64,000 nucleotides of DNA from assembly GCA_951406725.2 (NCBI GenBank), contig OX597818.1:75268001-75332000 (forward strand), in the 5' to 3' direction. The notes beneath the pieces are model-generated. The model was not told the DNA's origin, did no database searches, and saw only the letters and a program-made list of their open reading frames with translations. A program made the translations under genes and the position numbers. The stretch's first letter is position 1; each line of letters begins with the position of its first letter. The stretch comes from Octopus vulgaris (Eukaryota). This document shows positions 43,126-55,385 of this stretch, piece after piece.

Positions 43126-43374
43126 AAAATTCCTTTGATATAAGCTCTGTTATTATAAGAAATTTCAAATTCTCTGCTCTTACACTGTATGTTTTGATCT
43201 CTATGCTCAATCTTAATAGGGAAAGAACTATATAATCTTGTAACACTTATTCTCTATCACAGCCTCTAGTCCGAGATTATACAACTTTCCTGTTATCAAT
43301 AATATTAATACGCTAACTTTTTGTTTCTGCACGTACCTGTTGTGTGCGTTACACTTACTTCAAAGGAGTGGCAA

Positions 43375-43740
43375 AGCGAGAGAGAGAGAAGGACAGAGAG
43401 GAAGTAAGAGAGAAAGAAAGAAAGTAAGGTAGAGAGAAAGTGAGAGAGTGAGAGAGAAAGACAGAGAGTGAAAGAAACTGTGAGTGGTGACGGCGTTTGC
43501 TTTGTGTTCATAAATGTTTCAGAGAGGACGTAAGAGAGAGAGAGAATGAGAGAGAAAGAGAGATAGTGAAAGAGACAGTGCGTGGTGACGGCGATCGTTT
43601 TGTGATTTTAAATGTTTCAGAGAGGAGGTAAGAGAGAATGAAAGAGAATGAAAGAAAGAGAAAAAGTAAGAGAGAAAGAGAGAGAGAGAGTAAAAGAGAC
43701 AGTGAGTGGTGATGGCGTTTGTTTTGTTTTTAAATGTTTA
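43375..43740 (+). repeat. Minisatellite, three ~100-120-bp GA-rich units
   Basis: GTGAGTGGTGACGGCGTT..TAAATGTTT at ~43480, ~43578, ~43702. Confidence 0.75.
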
Positions 43741-44073
43741 TCACATTGCAAGAGAAGAGGATACATAGATACATATACACATTGTTAAATCAAAAGCGGG
43801 AAAGAAGAGGGACACAAAGGAAGTAAAAAAGTAAGAGAGAAAATGAAAGAGACAGTAGATGCATAAATCCAAGGAAATATTCATATATAGATACATAGGC
43901 GCAGCAAATACTGGCTATCAATTTCACTTTTCATTACCACACGAGGATAAAATTAACTCACAAATGGCTGAGTTCTCCAAAGACATGTATAACGTTAACG
44001 TAGTTCTCACGGAGATTCAGCCTCACACAGAAATCTGGCAAGATGGCTTCTTTGAGTTACAGCTACAACTCGA

Positions 44074-44120
<47 letters not shown>

Positions 44121-44126
44121 AATGTA

Positions 44127-44198
<72 letters not shown>

Positions 44199-44330
44199 GT
44201 TTGGGTTAGTTAAAACATGTTTGCAATAATTGCAATAATAAGTGTCACCTGGTGGAAATAAACGCAATTATCAAACTTTCATTCAGAAATCCATTTAATA
44301 TTTCATTCTTTTGCATTTCAATTTGTACAT

Positions 44331-44968
44331 TTGTACCCAGAAAGTTTCAACAACTGCACGCCAGAAGAAATGAAAAAACGAGTAATTTTATCTCGTAAAA
44401 ATTCTGACTGTCTTGCAATAAATGAAAAATTTCTTAATATTATACCAGAGGCACTTAAAACGTACTTAAGCACAGATTCAGTGTCCTACAATAATGAAGT
44501 GGAGGTTCAGGACTATCCATTTGAATTCATAAACTCACTCACTCCATCCGGTACTCCTCCTCATCGCCTCAAGGGGCTAATGTAATGCTGTTAAGAAATC
44601 TTTCAATCAGTCAAGGCTTTTGTAATGGAACTCGCATGATAGTGCAAAGACTTCATGAACATTGTGTAGAGGCATCATTGATAACAGGTTCCAACAGAGG
44701 TCATACAGTTCTAATTCCCAGAATTAAACTAGCTCAAGTCATGCAAATATTCCATTCACACTAAATAGACTTCAAGGCAAGCATTTGAAACACTTGGAAT
44801 ACATTTGCCGCAACAGGTATTTTCTCATGGCCAATTATATGTCGCATTTTCAAGATCATGAGCTATGAACAATCTCATAGTAAGTGTTATGTCACTCTAT
44901 CGGGATAACAGACAAGACCAAACACGTGGTGTGGCATACACACAAAATATTGTCTAACATGAAGTACT
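44331..44968 (+). pseudogene. Helitron Pif1 helicase relic
   Basis: EFINSLTPSGTPPHRL, MLLRNLSISQGFCNGTR, VLIPRIKL, VFSHGQLYVAFSR. Confidence 0.9.
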
Positions 44969-45152
44969 GTGAGGAAGACCACTGCACCAGGTAGCATCAC
45001 CACCACACCATCCGCTCCATCATTACACACCTACATTACACCTTTAAGATCGGGGAACCAGTTATGGGCTCGCTGGATCTCTCTCGGCTTACCAGCGAAC
45101 CACAAAATCGCTCCAGCCAGCAACACCACTACCTCCATGCCCGTCATATATA

Positions 45153-45188
<36 letters not shown>

Positions 45189-45294
45189 TGTACGTATGTA
45201 CGTATGTATGTATGTATGTATGTATGTATGTATGGATGGATGGATGGATGGTTGGATGGATGGATGGATGGATGCGCGCGCGCGTGTGTGTGTG

Positions 45295-45518
45295 TGTGTG
45301 TATGTGTTTGTGTCTGTGTTTTTCCCACTACCATTGTTTGACAACCGATTTTGGTGCGTTTGCGTCCCTGTAATTTAGCTGTTCAGCAGAAGCAACTGAT
45401 AGAATAAGCAACCAAACTTACAGGAAATAAGTCCAGGAGTCAATTTCTTCGACTAAAGGGTGGTGCTCCAGCATAGCCACTGTCAAATGATTGAAACATG
45501 TAAAAGAATAAAAGAATA
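45295..45518 (+). mobile_element. SINE S1 3' half
   Basis: TTGACAACCGAT..GGTGCTCCAGCATAGCC..GTAAAAGAATAAAAGAATA. Confidence 0.8.
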
Positions 45519-45599
45519 CCAGAAAAAGGCACCAGAAGAAGGTTTTTTTGAATATATTTATCTGTGTATTTTATTATTATGTTTTTAGTTTTGTTTATA

Positions 45600-45870
45600 T
45601 TGTTATCAGTTTATGGGGATCTTATTCTGTCATATGCTGTGGTGTAATGAGGGGTGTGCTAGTGTTCCATTCCAGTTTCCTATTCAGGCTAGGTTTATCT
45701 TCTATTATGTGCGTAGCTTCCGTAATTTGTCCAATTGTTGCGTCTGTTAAATGTGTGGACAAGATTTTAACTTCTATGTTGTTGAGTGAGCCCCTGTGTT
45801 CACCTGACACAGAACTCCATACTCGTGAACATGTACTCTCGCTATGTTGATGATATCAACAATCAACATA
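45600..45870. mobile_element. Penelope-like fragments joined in inverted orientation
   Basis: Minus 45622-45802 encodes QITEATHIIEDKPSLNRKLEW (GIY-YIG-like C-end); plus 45803-45862 matches RT segment 36718-36777. Confidence 0.65.
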
Positions 45871-46004
45871 GTGGTTAAGCACAACAGATTAAACTGTTGG
45901 AAAAAATTCCTAACCGCCAGAAGTAACTTTAGATGCCAAGAACTTTCCAGTTCTATATTTAAGAGATGAGGAATTATGTACATTATTTACATTCGATGAA
46001 TATC

Positions 46005-46147
46005 TGTCCTCATCCTGCCGCCTTCATTAGGTGTCTTGGAGAAATTTCGAACCTGGTATTATTCGATGTTATTATTATTATTATAATTCAACTCAAGCCT
46101 GGAATCGAACTCGGAATCTTGGGGTTAGTAGTTCGCGCTCTTATGCA
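46005..46147 (-). mobile_element. Truncated S4 hammerhead-SINE copy
   Basis: tRNA-like head part, short (AAT)n, CCAGGTTCGAAATTTC..GACACCTAATGAAGGC. Confidence 0.7.
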
Positions 46148-46672
46148 GTGAATTTTAGGGCTTATAAATCTAATATTTTCCCATCCTTCCTTAATACCGG
46201 TCCCCATATGCTATTCATGTCTGCACTCGGTCTGCTTAAGTCGTCCTAACATACGTGCTGCTTTATCAAATTCTACTGTGGTCAACTTTGCCTTTCATCC
46301 ACTCTGAAAGCAGCGTTCTTAGGTCGATGTAATCGATTTGACCCCTCCCCATCAAAATGCTGGCCTTGTGCTAAAATTTAAAAGTATTAGTTGTAGTAGC
46401 AGATATCATTTGCACCTTGTTTTTGTTTTTATTGGGGTGGGTTTCGAACGTTTGGAAATATTCCGTATTGTCTTCAAAGTAAAATTTAAATGTTTATGTA
46501 TAAGTAAGTCTATTAATATTTGATAACGACATAAATTACACCGAGGTCGTCATTGCCTTTCAACATTTCAGAGTTGATAAAATAAGTACCAATCGAACAT
46601 TGGTGTAAATGTAATTGAATTATTTCCTCCCACGAGCTAAGATTTGAAGCCAATATTAAGATAATAATATAG

Positions 46673-47220
46673 AGCGGCGAGCTGGCAAAAACGTTAGCAC
46701 GCCGGGCGAAATGCTTAGCGGTATTTCGTCTGCCGTTACGTTCTGAGTTCAAATTCCGCTGAGGTCGACTTTGCCTTACATTCTTTCGGGGTCGATTAAA
46801 TAAGTACCAGTTACGCATTGGGGTCGATATAATCGATTTAATCCGTTTGTCTGTCCTTGTTTGTCCTCTCTGTGTTTAGCCCCTTGTGGGTAGTAAAGAA
46901 ATAGGTATTTCGTCTGCCGCTACGTTCCGAGTTCAATTTCCGCCGAGGTCGACTTTGCCTTTCATCCTTTCGGGGTCGATGTAATCGACTTAATCCATTT
47001 GTCTGTCCTTGTTTGTCCCCTCTGTGTTTAGCCTCCTGTGGGTAGTAAAGAAATAGGTATTTCGGGTCTCTGAGTTCAAATTCCGCTGAGAGGTGATTTT
47101 GCCTTTCATCCTTTCGAGGTCTATGAAATAAATGCCAGTTGACCACTGATGGATCGATATAATAGACTTAGCCCTCGCAAAAAACTGCTGGCCATGAGCT
47201 AAAATTTGAAACCAATATTA
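46673..47220 (+). mobile_element. Tandem/nested S2 SINE array; two units end in a Tx1-like tail
   Basis: Junction GTAGTAAAGAAATA|GGTATTTCG at 46903/4 and 47055/6; last unit has the ordinary S2 tail. Confidence 0.85.
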
Positions 47221-48066
47221 CATAATGACTAAATATACAAAGAAAAATTGCTTTTCCATTATTCACCTTTGCTGAATGCAGCATTGACCAGAAGGAATTA
47301 ATGTTCTCAGACAATTGTCTCAAAATAAATCTGAAATATCTGTCAATAAAAAAAATTCTATTAATATTGGATTCTTACTAAGTCGATGTATATTACTTTT
47401 TCATTATTTTTTTTCTTCTTTTTTCATCTTTCTTCACTTTGTTGCAACATTTAACTTTAAGGATGTCAATGTTCTATATATAGTAATCATTTTAAGCTCT
47501 GGCCAGTTGTCCTTTCATTTGTAAGTCTACTATTTTTATGAACTTTGGACCTGTGGGTCTCTGGTATTGTCTCTTCCTGAACTTTGGACTCATGGGTCAC
47601 TTGTAAATTTCAGATTCAATTCTAGTTTGTTTTTCTTCTCTGTCTATTGTGTGCAAGTGTGTGTGTCTGTGTGTCTGTGTGTGCTTGTATGTACGGATTT
47701 GCTTAATATATTATCATTATTTTTAGATAGAATAGTTATTAATAGTATTGCTTCTCTGATGGGAGCAGGTCTTTAACTTTTTGAGACGTCGTTTGCTATG
47801 TATTTATAAATTCTTTGAAGGGTTACTTTAAATATCTACTCATTGTATAAATCTATATATCCTGGGCTATATTTTTCTCTCTCTCTCTTTCACTCACCCT
47901 CTATCTTTCTTTTTATCTATCTAGCTATCTGTCTGTCTTTCTATCTCGCTCAATATCACTACACACATACATAATTTGACGGTCTGACATTTGAGTAACC
48001 CATTCACACATTTACACACACATGCACACACACTCGCACACATACACATTCGCGCGCGCCCGCATG

Positions 48067-48115
<49 letters not shown>

Positions 48116-48221
48116 CCACAAACATACTTATGCGTTACCAGAAATTGATATTGCATGAGTGTTCTTCAAAGAGATTCTACTCCTGATAAAAATAAAACTT
48201 GTTTAAGGGTTTCTAGTTTAT

Positions 48222-48258
<37 letters not shown>

Positions 48259-48398
48259 GAATTAGCAAGAGGAGACACATGGGACAGAAAGTCGCTGAAG
48301 AAGTAACAATGTGTAACGAAAAAACTTTGAGAGTGAAGATCAAATAAATAGTGCTTGTATTTAATTGGCAAAACGTATGACCTTCCCCAAGTATTACA

Positions 48399-48490
<92 letters not shown>

Positions 48491-48504
48491 ATATATATAT
48501 ATAA

Positions 48505-48743
48505 CGAATTATTAGTGATCAGCAGTGATTATGTACGAGCAGAATTAGGTAAGTTGAAATATGTTTGTCACATATTTCAACTGCTAAATGGCAAATACAC
48601 GGCAGCACTGTGGATAAAAATCTCTCTTATGGTAAAACGATGTAAAAACACCAGGTCCTTTCAGTGTCGCCATCTATTCGGAATCTCAGACATCGTTGTT
48701 TCAAGCTTCTTTGCTATTTTCGATGAGATGTACCTAACAGATG
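48505..48743 (-). repeat. Retrozyme-like repeat, left part (unit ~337 nt together with 51288-51385)
   Basis: 48505-48700 is directly repeated, diverged, at 51386-51584. Confidence 0.75.
48683..48729 (-). ncRNA. Degenerate type I hammerhead-like fold
   Basis: ATCTCA-[TCGAAAA]-TAGC-aaagaa-GCTT-GAAA-CA-acga-TG-TC-TGAGAT: stems I-III and GTC site present, core deviates from CTGANGA. Confidence 0.45.
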
Positions 48744-48929
48744 ATTCTTAATTACGATAATTATATATCACCCATAGATGGGACAACACAGGACATTGCA
48801 AACAAATAGTGCGTTTATGAGTTCTTTTTAATGTGGTCTTAAAAATAAGTTTTACAAGTTTACCCTTGGCCATTAAGCCCAACGGCTACACCATACTTTT
48901 CTACCATGGATGAGATTAAGTAGGGCCAT

Positions 48930-49998
48930 TCATACCCAACTTCCTTGCCACTTTTTCCATCTTTTTCCGAATATACTTCGCGACAGGTGTCTCCTCTCCA
49001 GCCCTATTTTGCTCTTCAGATGATATCTGAAGTAATATAGGAAACCAGAGCCGGAGATGAAAATTCCCGTCGCGACTCCTTTCATTCTAGTTTTCCATAC
49101 ACACTCTTTCAATATTGTGACTGTGCATAAAAAAAACATGCCTCACCTTTCTTTGATAGTCCGGGTAGCGGTACAATCTCGATCATGGAATCAGCAGACA
49201 GATGTACGCTTCCTAGATGCGACAGAACGTGTTCTACATAAATTATCAAGCCCGAAATCTCCGGATACTGTACAAGGGCGTGCAGAACGGTTTTATCATC
49301 CTGTCCGCACCTCGGGCATGCCAGTGGCACAGAAATCCATACCTAGACAATTTGTCGCGAACAGGTAACGCACTCCTATAGCACTGCCAGGTCAGGGATT
49401 TCTGGTAGTTATCCAGAAACAGGTTGGCTAGCTGGCCCTCACCGAGCCCCAGATCTTCTCTTTCTGACGTCCCCACTTAAACTCTACCAACCAGGTCCGG
49501 ATTAGGGCCTCCACCCTATCTGCCACCTCACTCCAATTCTTCTCTGTCTGAGAACCCGGTCCAAACCAGATTCCAATCAATTTAACAGGACCTTCCATCC
49601 AGTGACCCACGAGACTAGAAGTTATCGTCTTGGCACTCAAGGCGCCGAGCCGCAAGCCGATGGACTTGTCCTTGTTAATTTTTGCCCCTACCACCGCCTC
49701 GTATCCTTTGATTGCATCCTCTACACAAGGTAGCTGAGCTTCATCGGACAAAGTGATAGTGACGTCATCAGCATATGCAGAAACAGACTTACCACATCCC
49801 AATTCATTGGGGATGCCCCCCAAACCCTCCAACCGCCGCAGCAGTACATACAAGAGCCAGTACATACAGAAGCGGAGACAGGGGCACCCCTGACGAACCA
49901 AGCGCTCGATCTTAAACGGCACCGACGGGTATTCGTTTATCTGGACTGTAGATTTGATGCCGCCGTAAATGGCAGTGATCCAACCACGGAAGTCTGGT
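48930..49998 (-). pseudogene. Tx1 ORF2 relic (RT second half and C-terminal zinc finger)
   Basis: VRQGCP, VSAYADDVT, GAKINKDKS, WQCYRSALPVRDKL, CPRCGQDDKTVLHALVQ; homologous to 31353-31949. Confidence 0.9.
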
Positions 49999-50934
49999 AA
50001 ATTCCATTTCTTCCTCTGTGTTTTGAATTGTATCTTGTGTTTTTCCTTGTGTTTTTTCTTGTGCTTTTACTTGCGTATTTTCTTGTGTCTTGTCTTTTCA
50101 GTTCTTGTTTCTCCCGTCTTTAGTGGTTCTTTTTGGGAATAGGCTTCACACTTTTTTCTTTAGGCTTGCATTCAGAGCGGACGGGACTCTTTTCGCCGCA
50201 CTTAAAGCAGCGTGGCCTACGCCTCTATACTGCAACTCCCACACTCAGCCCCTCCCCTATATATATCCTATCGAGCAGTCCTTCTAGTACTTCAGAGGTG
50301 GCTTGAACCACGATCTCGAGGGTTTGCCCCTTCCAATTTTCGGCCTCTTTCTTCTTTATCTGTAAAATAGACATTTTTCCTCCATATCATAAGTTATAGC
50401 AGCTGCTATCCAAATTACGTTGTACCTGCTGGTATATCTTCTACGGTAATTTTTGCCGTTCTTCTACCCAAATACGTTGGTAGTAAAATTATTTCCTCAT
50501 TTTTTAATGTTCTTGTTGATAACTCCTTGGCCGTGTTATCGTTGGCAAACTCTGCTTCCACCGTGGCATTCTTTCAACCACGTCCACGTACACGATTTTC
50601 TTCCATATAGGTGCCAGATACCTTTCAATTATTTCACGTTTACAAGTTACAATTCTTTTTTCCTTTAGGTTATAGGTTTTGTATACCACTGTTCTCGCAG
50701 CTATATTTTGTACAATATCCTGCGGAGGGAGCAACTTCGTATCATTTCTGTTATTTTTTACGAGATTTTTATAGTTAATTGAGCCCTCGTCACCTCTAGC
50801 GTTATCATATTACCGCCTACGGCGGCCGAAAGACTGGGTTTTTCCTTAAACACTTGTTTTACATTATCAGTTTCTTTGCTTGGTATGTTTTCCATTTCTG
50901 GGAAACACTCCTTAGGCATTACGTTGAATTCCAT
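49999..50934 (-). pseudogene. Gag-like ORF1 relic
   Basis: AARTVVYKTYNLKEKRIV, GRRTAKITVEDIP, RPRCFKCGEKSPVRSEC degenerate knuckle. Confidence 0.82.
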
Positions 50935-51268
50935 AATGTAATTTTACAGAAAAATAAATTCCTTAAAAGGGAATATACAAATTGACAAAAATATTTTTTG
51001 GCAAAAGATTTTTGCTAAAATTATTGACAAAAATAATATTTTTTACTCTGCAAAGGGTAAAAGAATCAAAGAATTCAAATCACAAAACGTCCAATAGCTG
51101 TTGTTTCCAACAATATCAAAAATTTAACAATTTTCTGCCCCGCCGGGCGAAAATGGCAGTTCATAGATTAACAGCAGTTCAAATTTCAACAGGTACAACA
51201 AACAGTACAATAACATAGAATCATTAGATAATAGCAGATAGAACTCACAAACAAGCAACAGACAAAAG

Positions 51269-51630
51269 GAGATGTACCTACGAGATGCAACTCTAAACGG
51301 ACTTATAAAGCTACAGCTTTATGTATAACTCACTCAACACATTGACTGATTTGCGCTAGTATATCGCCCGATCGAAAGAAAATAGCGAATTATTAACGCT
51401 AAGCAGTGTTTATGTATGAGCAGAATTAGGTAAGTTGAAATATGTTTGTCACGTATTTCAAGTGCTAAAAGACAAATACACTGCAGTTACCATGGAGAAA
51501 GCATTTCCCTTATGGTAAAAAAGGTGTAAACACCCGGTCTGTTCAGTGTCACCATCTATTTGGAATCTCAGACATTGGTGTTTCCGAAAGCAGCCACTAT
51601 TTTCGAAAATAGCAAAGAAGCTTGAAACAT
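51269..51630 (-). repeat. Retrozyme-like repeat, right part, ending in a short inversion
   Basis: Repeat of 48505-48700; 51603-51629 is the reverse complement of ~48697-48723 and overlaps the palindrome CTATTTTCGAAAATAG. Confidence 0.75.
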
Positions 51631-51821
51631 CATAAACTTTGACTGCCTGGATTAGCATTTAAATAAGTGCAGAGTTGCAAAATGCAAAGTTGGGCAGAAT
51701 ATATATGAAAATTTAGAGAATTTTCCAAATGCTGTTTATACCGTTTATACTGTTTACACTACGTCTAAATTTGCAGTTGATTGTACGTTTTAAGACGCTT
51801 CTTGCAATTGCTATTACAATA

Positions 51822-52022
51822 TGAGTTTCAAATTTTAGCACAAGGACAGCACTTTCGGGCGTGGGTGTAAGTCGATTATATCGATCCCAGCGGTCAACGT
51901 ATTTTGTCAACTCTGAAACGATGAAATGCAAAGTACAACTTTAGTGGAATTTGAACTCAGAGAGTAACGACGGATGAAATGCCCTTAAACCCTGCATACG
52001 AACGATTCTGTCGGCTCGCTTC
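51822..52022 (-). mobile_element. SINE S2, diverged
   Basis: GTTTCAAATTTTAGCACAAGG..GGAATTTGAACTCAG. Confidence 0.75.
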
Positions 52023-52108
52023 CTTTCCCAAGACTTCTAGGTGGATTACCTAACACCAAAGGAGGGCTCCACATACATATACAGTCTGTAAATATATATA
52101 TATATATA

Positions 52109-52312
52109 TTGGCGAGCAGGCCAACAGAAGAAAGAGTGAGAGAAAGTTGTGGCGAAAGAGTACAGCAGGGATCGCCACCATCCCCTGCCGGAGCCTCGTG
52201 GAGCTTTAGGTGTTTTCGCTCAATAAACATTCACAACGCCCGGTCTGGGAATCGAAACCGCGATCCTACGACCGCGAGTCCGCTGCCCTAACCACTAGGC
52301 CATTGCGCCTCC
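52109..52312 (-). mobile_element. SINE S3, 3'-truncated
   Basis: Reverse complement of 1874-2072 with few mismatches. Confidence 0.88.
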
Positions 52313-52314
52313 AC

Positions 52315-52422
<108 letters not shown>

Positions 52423-52593
52423 GTAGATAGATAGATAGGTAGGTAGGTAGGTAGGTAGATATAGATATATATATACACATATACATATACATATACATGA
52501 GTGTGTGTGCGCCCGCGGGTGTGTGTGCGTGCGTGCGTGTGTGTGTGTGTGTGTGCATGCGCGTGTGTGTGCTTGTGCGCGCGTATGTGTATA

Positions 52594-52783
52594 TGAGATG
52601 TTGAAAAGTTCCTGTATCACGAAAGGCCTGGTTGGAGGCGTATCTTTCGCAGTTCTTTTATAAGGCTTAGAAAAACTGAAGGACCGCTGCAATAAGTGCG
52701 TGAATCTGAGAATAAAATCATAATTAACTGATCTTATTGCATTTTCCTTTACCCAAAACCAGGAACTTTTTAGCACCCACTCG
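52594..52783 (+). mobile_element. mariner-derived miniature element
   Basis: TGTTGAAAAGTTCCTG versus CAGGAACTTTTTAGCA TIR remnants; internal GLEKLKDRCNKCVNL transposase C-end. Confidence 0.65.
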
Positions 52784-52964
52784 TGTGCGTGTGTATAATG
52801 TAATATACTATATATAATATATGTGTGTGTCTATATAGACAGACAGACTGACAAACAGACAGAGAGATGGATACGTTTATATTGAACAGTGAGAATGAGT
52901 GCTCAACACCGCATTCGTGGATAAATATATTTTATTTCTGATTTAACAAATATCAAACCTTCCA

Positions 52965-53265
52965 CTTGGAACGTTGGCGTTCCTCTCCATCTTAGATGAA
53001 GAGAACGAGATTTCTCTCAACATGAAACCAATAGTATCCTCATTCACCTACAAATCAAGATGTATATATACCGTTAATCCCTACACAATATTTTTCTCTC
53101 TCCGTTTTTTCATTCTCTCTCCATTTTTTTCTGCTCATACCTTTCTTTTGAAGAGCGTACGCTCGAAACGTCGAAGACGTTTCCATTCTCCCTAAGTGTC
53201 AAACTAATACACCTGCTTGCTGTTGCCTCACCTGTTTTCGTCTTTTGTTTTCTGTAAATTTGAAC
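52965..53265 (+). mobile_element. Penelope-like 3' end/pLTR relic with hammerhead remnant
   Basis: TTGAA-GAGC-gtac-GCTC-GAAA-CGTC at ~53148-53172. Confidence 0.5.
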
Positions 53266-54379
53266 CGTGTGTGTGTGTGTGTTGAGAAAAACTTTTTACA
53301 AAGAAGTCTTGATACAGTCACAGTATTTGAGGGAATATTTTCTTCAATTAATAAATATTAATATATATAAAATGTCTTTAAACATTACAATATGACGCGA
53401 ACCTTTTAAAAAGAAACTGACTTTAACTATCATGTGTGTGTGTGTATAGAAATGTATATATGTAAACGGTATATGTGTATATATATATAATGTATGTATA
53501 CATTCAGAGAGATGGATAGACATAGATAATACAACACATATAAAATATATATAGATACGTATAATATATACATGCATACACACGCATAAATATACACGAA
53601 TATATTCATACATATATATATACATATATAGACGTGTATATATATATGTGTGTGTGTGTGTGTATGCATATATATGTATATATATGTATATGTATATATA
53701 ACGTTTATAAATATAGGCATGCCAACATATATACTTACAGACATATGTCCACATACCGTGATAGAAACTATAATAAATATATCATGAAGTGAAATTTATT
53801 TAATAAGCCTTTATTTTTGTAAACTTTTTAAATTTCAGATATTTAATGCAGTTATCGATTTTGTGAAAATTTGATCATCAGATAATATTTTACAAATTTA
53901 ATTCTGGGAACGTTTCCCTAGAAAATCAATTGAGGCGTAAATATGAAATCTATACATAATTGTATAACAGCTATTTCATGTCTTCAGGTTAATACTTATA
54001 ATCCATGCAAACGGCGAATATACATGAACATGCACACACATACACACACTCACACTCACACACATATTTATAAATACATACTCTTGTATAATTATACAGA
54101 CAATAACAAACATAAACATACATAAAACAGTGAGAGAGACAGAGAAATAGAGAGAAGGTACTTTTGTACATTCGTACACACACATGACTCCATCTTATAT
54201 GTTTTATATAACTAAAACCCCTCTAATTTACGTATATGTATTTGTATATGTGTATGTGTGTACATATATATATATGTGTGTGTGTGTGTGTGAGTTTGTG
54301 TGTGTGTGCGTGTACATATATATATAATAGAGAGATGAGACAGAAGACAGACAGACACAGACAGACAGACAGACAGACA

Positions 54380-54417
<38 letters not shown>

Positions 54418-54440
54418 GACAGACAGACGGACAGATAGAC

Positions 54441-54540
<100 letters not shown>

Positions 54541-54935
54541 TAATGGTTTGATAGCTGTGTTAAATAGAAATATAACAATATAACATACATGCGGAATATT
54601 CTGGTATCTAGACATTTTGATTGAAATATTTTTGTAATTCTTCAGAAACATTTTGGAACCGCAAATGTGAACCACAGAAAATTTTGCCATCTATCAGCGC
54701 CCCCTCCGTCTCTATTCCCTTCTTTCTGAAACACGTATTTTCTATGCGTGCGTCTGTGTGTGTGTGTGCGTGTGTGGATGCGACTATGTATAGGCAGGTT
54801 TATATGACTACTAGACGTAGGCAAAGAAATTAATCTTTACAATTGATGTTCAAAACAGATCGGTGTTGTTTATGAAATATATTCTGTATTTCACGCAATG
54901 TAAAATCAATGTTGAATTGCAATATTCCCATGATA

Positions 54936-55208
54936 TTGTTCGAAGGTTTGTAATGGACGCAGGTTCGTGTGTCAAATAGCTAGTTTGAGGCGGTGGCCTC
55001 TTGGAGCTAATCAGCGACAGCTTTAGTCTAATATTTATAAGACTGCCATATTAGTATGGCGATAACTATTAATTTCCAGTAACGCTGCCGTAATCTCCTT
55101 TAGAGAGACTTAGTAATTTTAATATTTCTATTATTGAAAGTAAGTGGATGTATTCCACTGAAACTAGGTAAATAAAGCCTTCGAACTGGGACGATCAGTA
55201 GCGACACC
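54936..55208 (+). repeat. Retrozyme-like repeat, left part (unit 365 nt together with 57356-57447)
   Basis: 54936-55073 repeated at 57448-57585 (138 bp, 3 mismatches); many hairpins. Confidence 0.85.
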
Positions 55209-55385
55209 CGCTTGTTTTTGTTTTTGGTGACTGATATTTCTGATTGCGTTATTCGTGTGTAGCTGTATTTTTTTTGGCATCGGAAAGATTTTGACTACGT
55301 TATTGTGGTGTCGCGGTTCGTGAGATCGAATCCGGTGGTGGAAGTTGTTGCGGCGTGGTGAAGTTTTTTAGATTTTTTCTCGAAC

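Larger units (their letters stand above)
48744..51268 (-). mobile_element. Internally deleted Tx1-clade LINE (element D) with 19-bp TSD
   Basis: TSD GAGATGTACCTA(AC/CG)AGATG at 48725-48743 and 51269-51287; ORF1 relic fused at ~49998 to mid-RT; 3' end ..TAATTAAGAAT. Confidence 0.85.

Noticed and set aside
43375-43740. CRISPR-like repeat-spacer pattern
   Set aside because: The spacers are GA-rich and similar to each other, the context is eukaryotic and there are no cas genes; it is a minisatellite.
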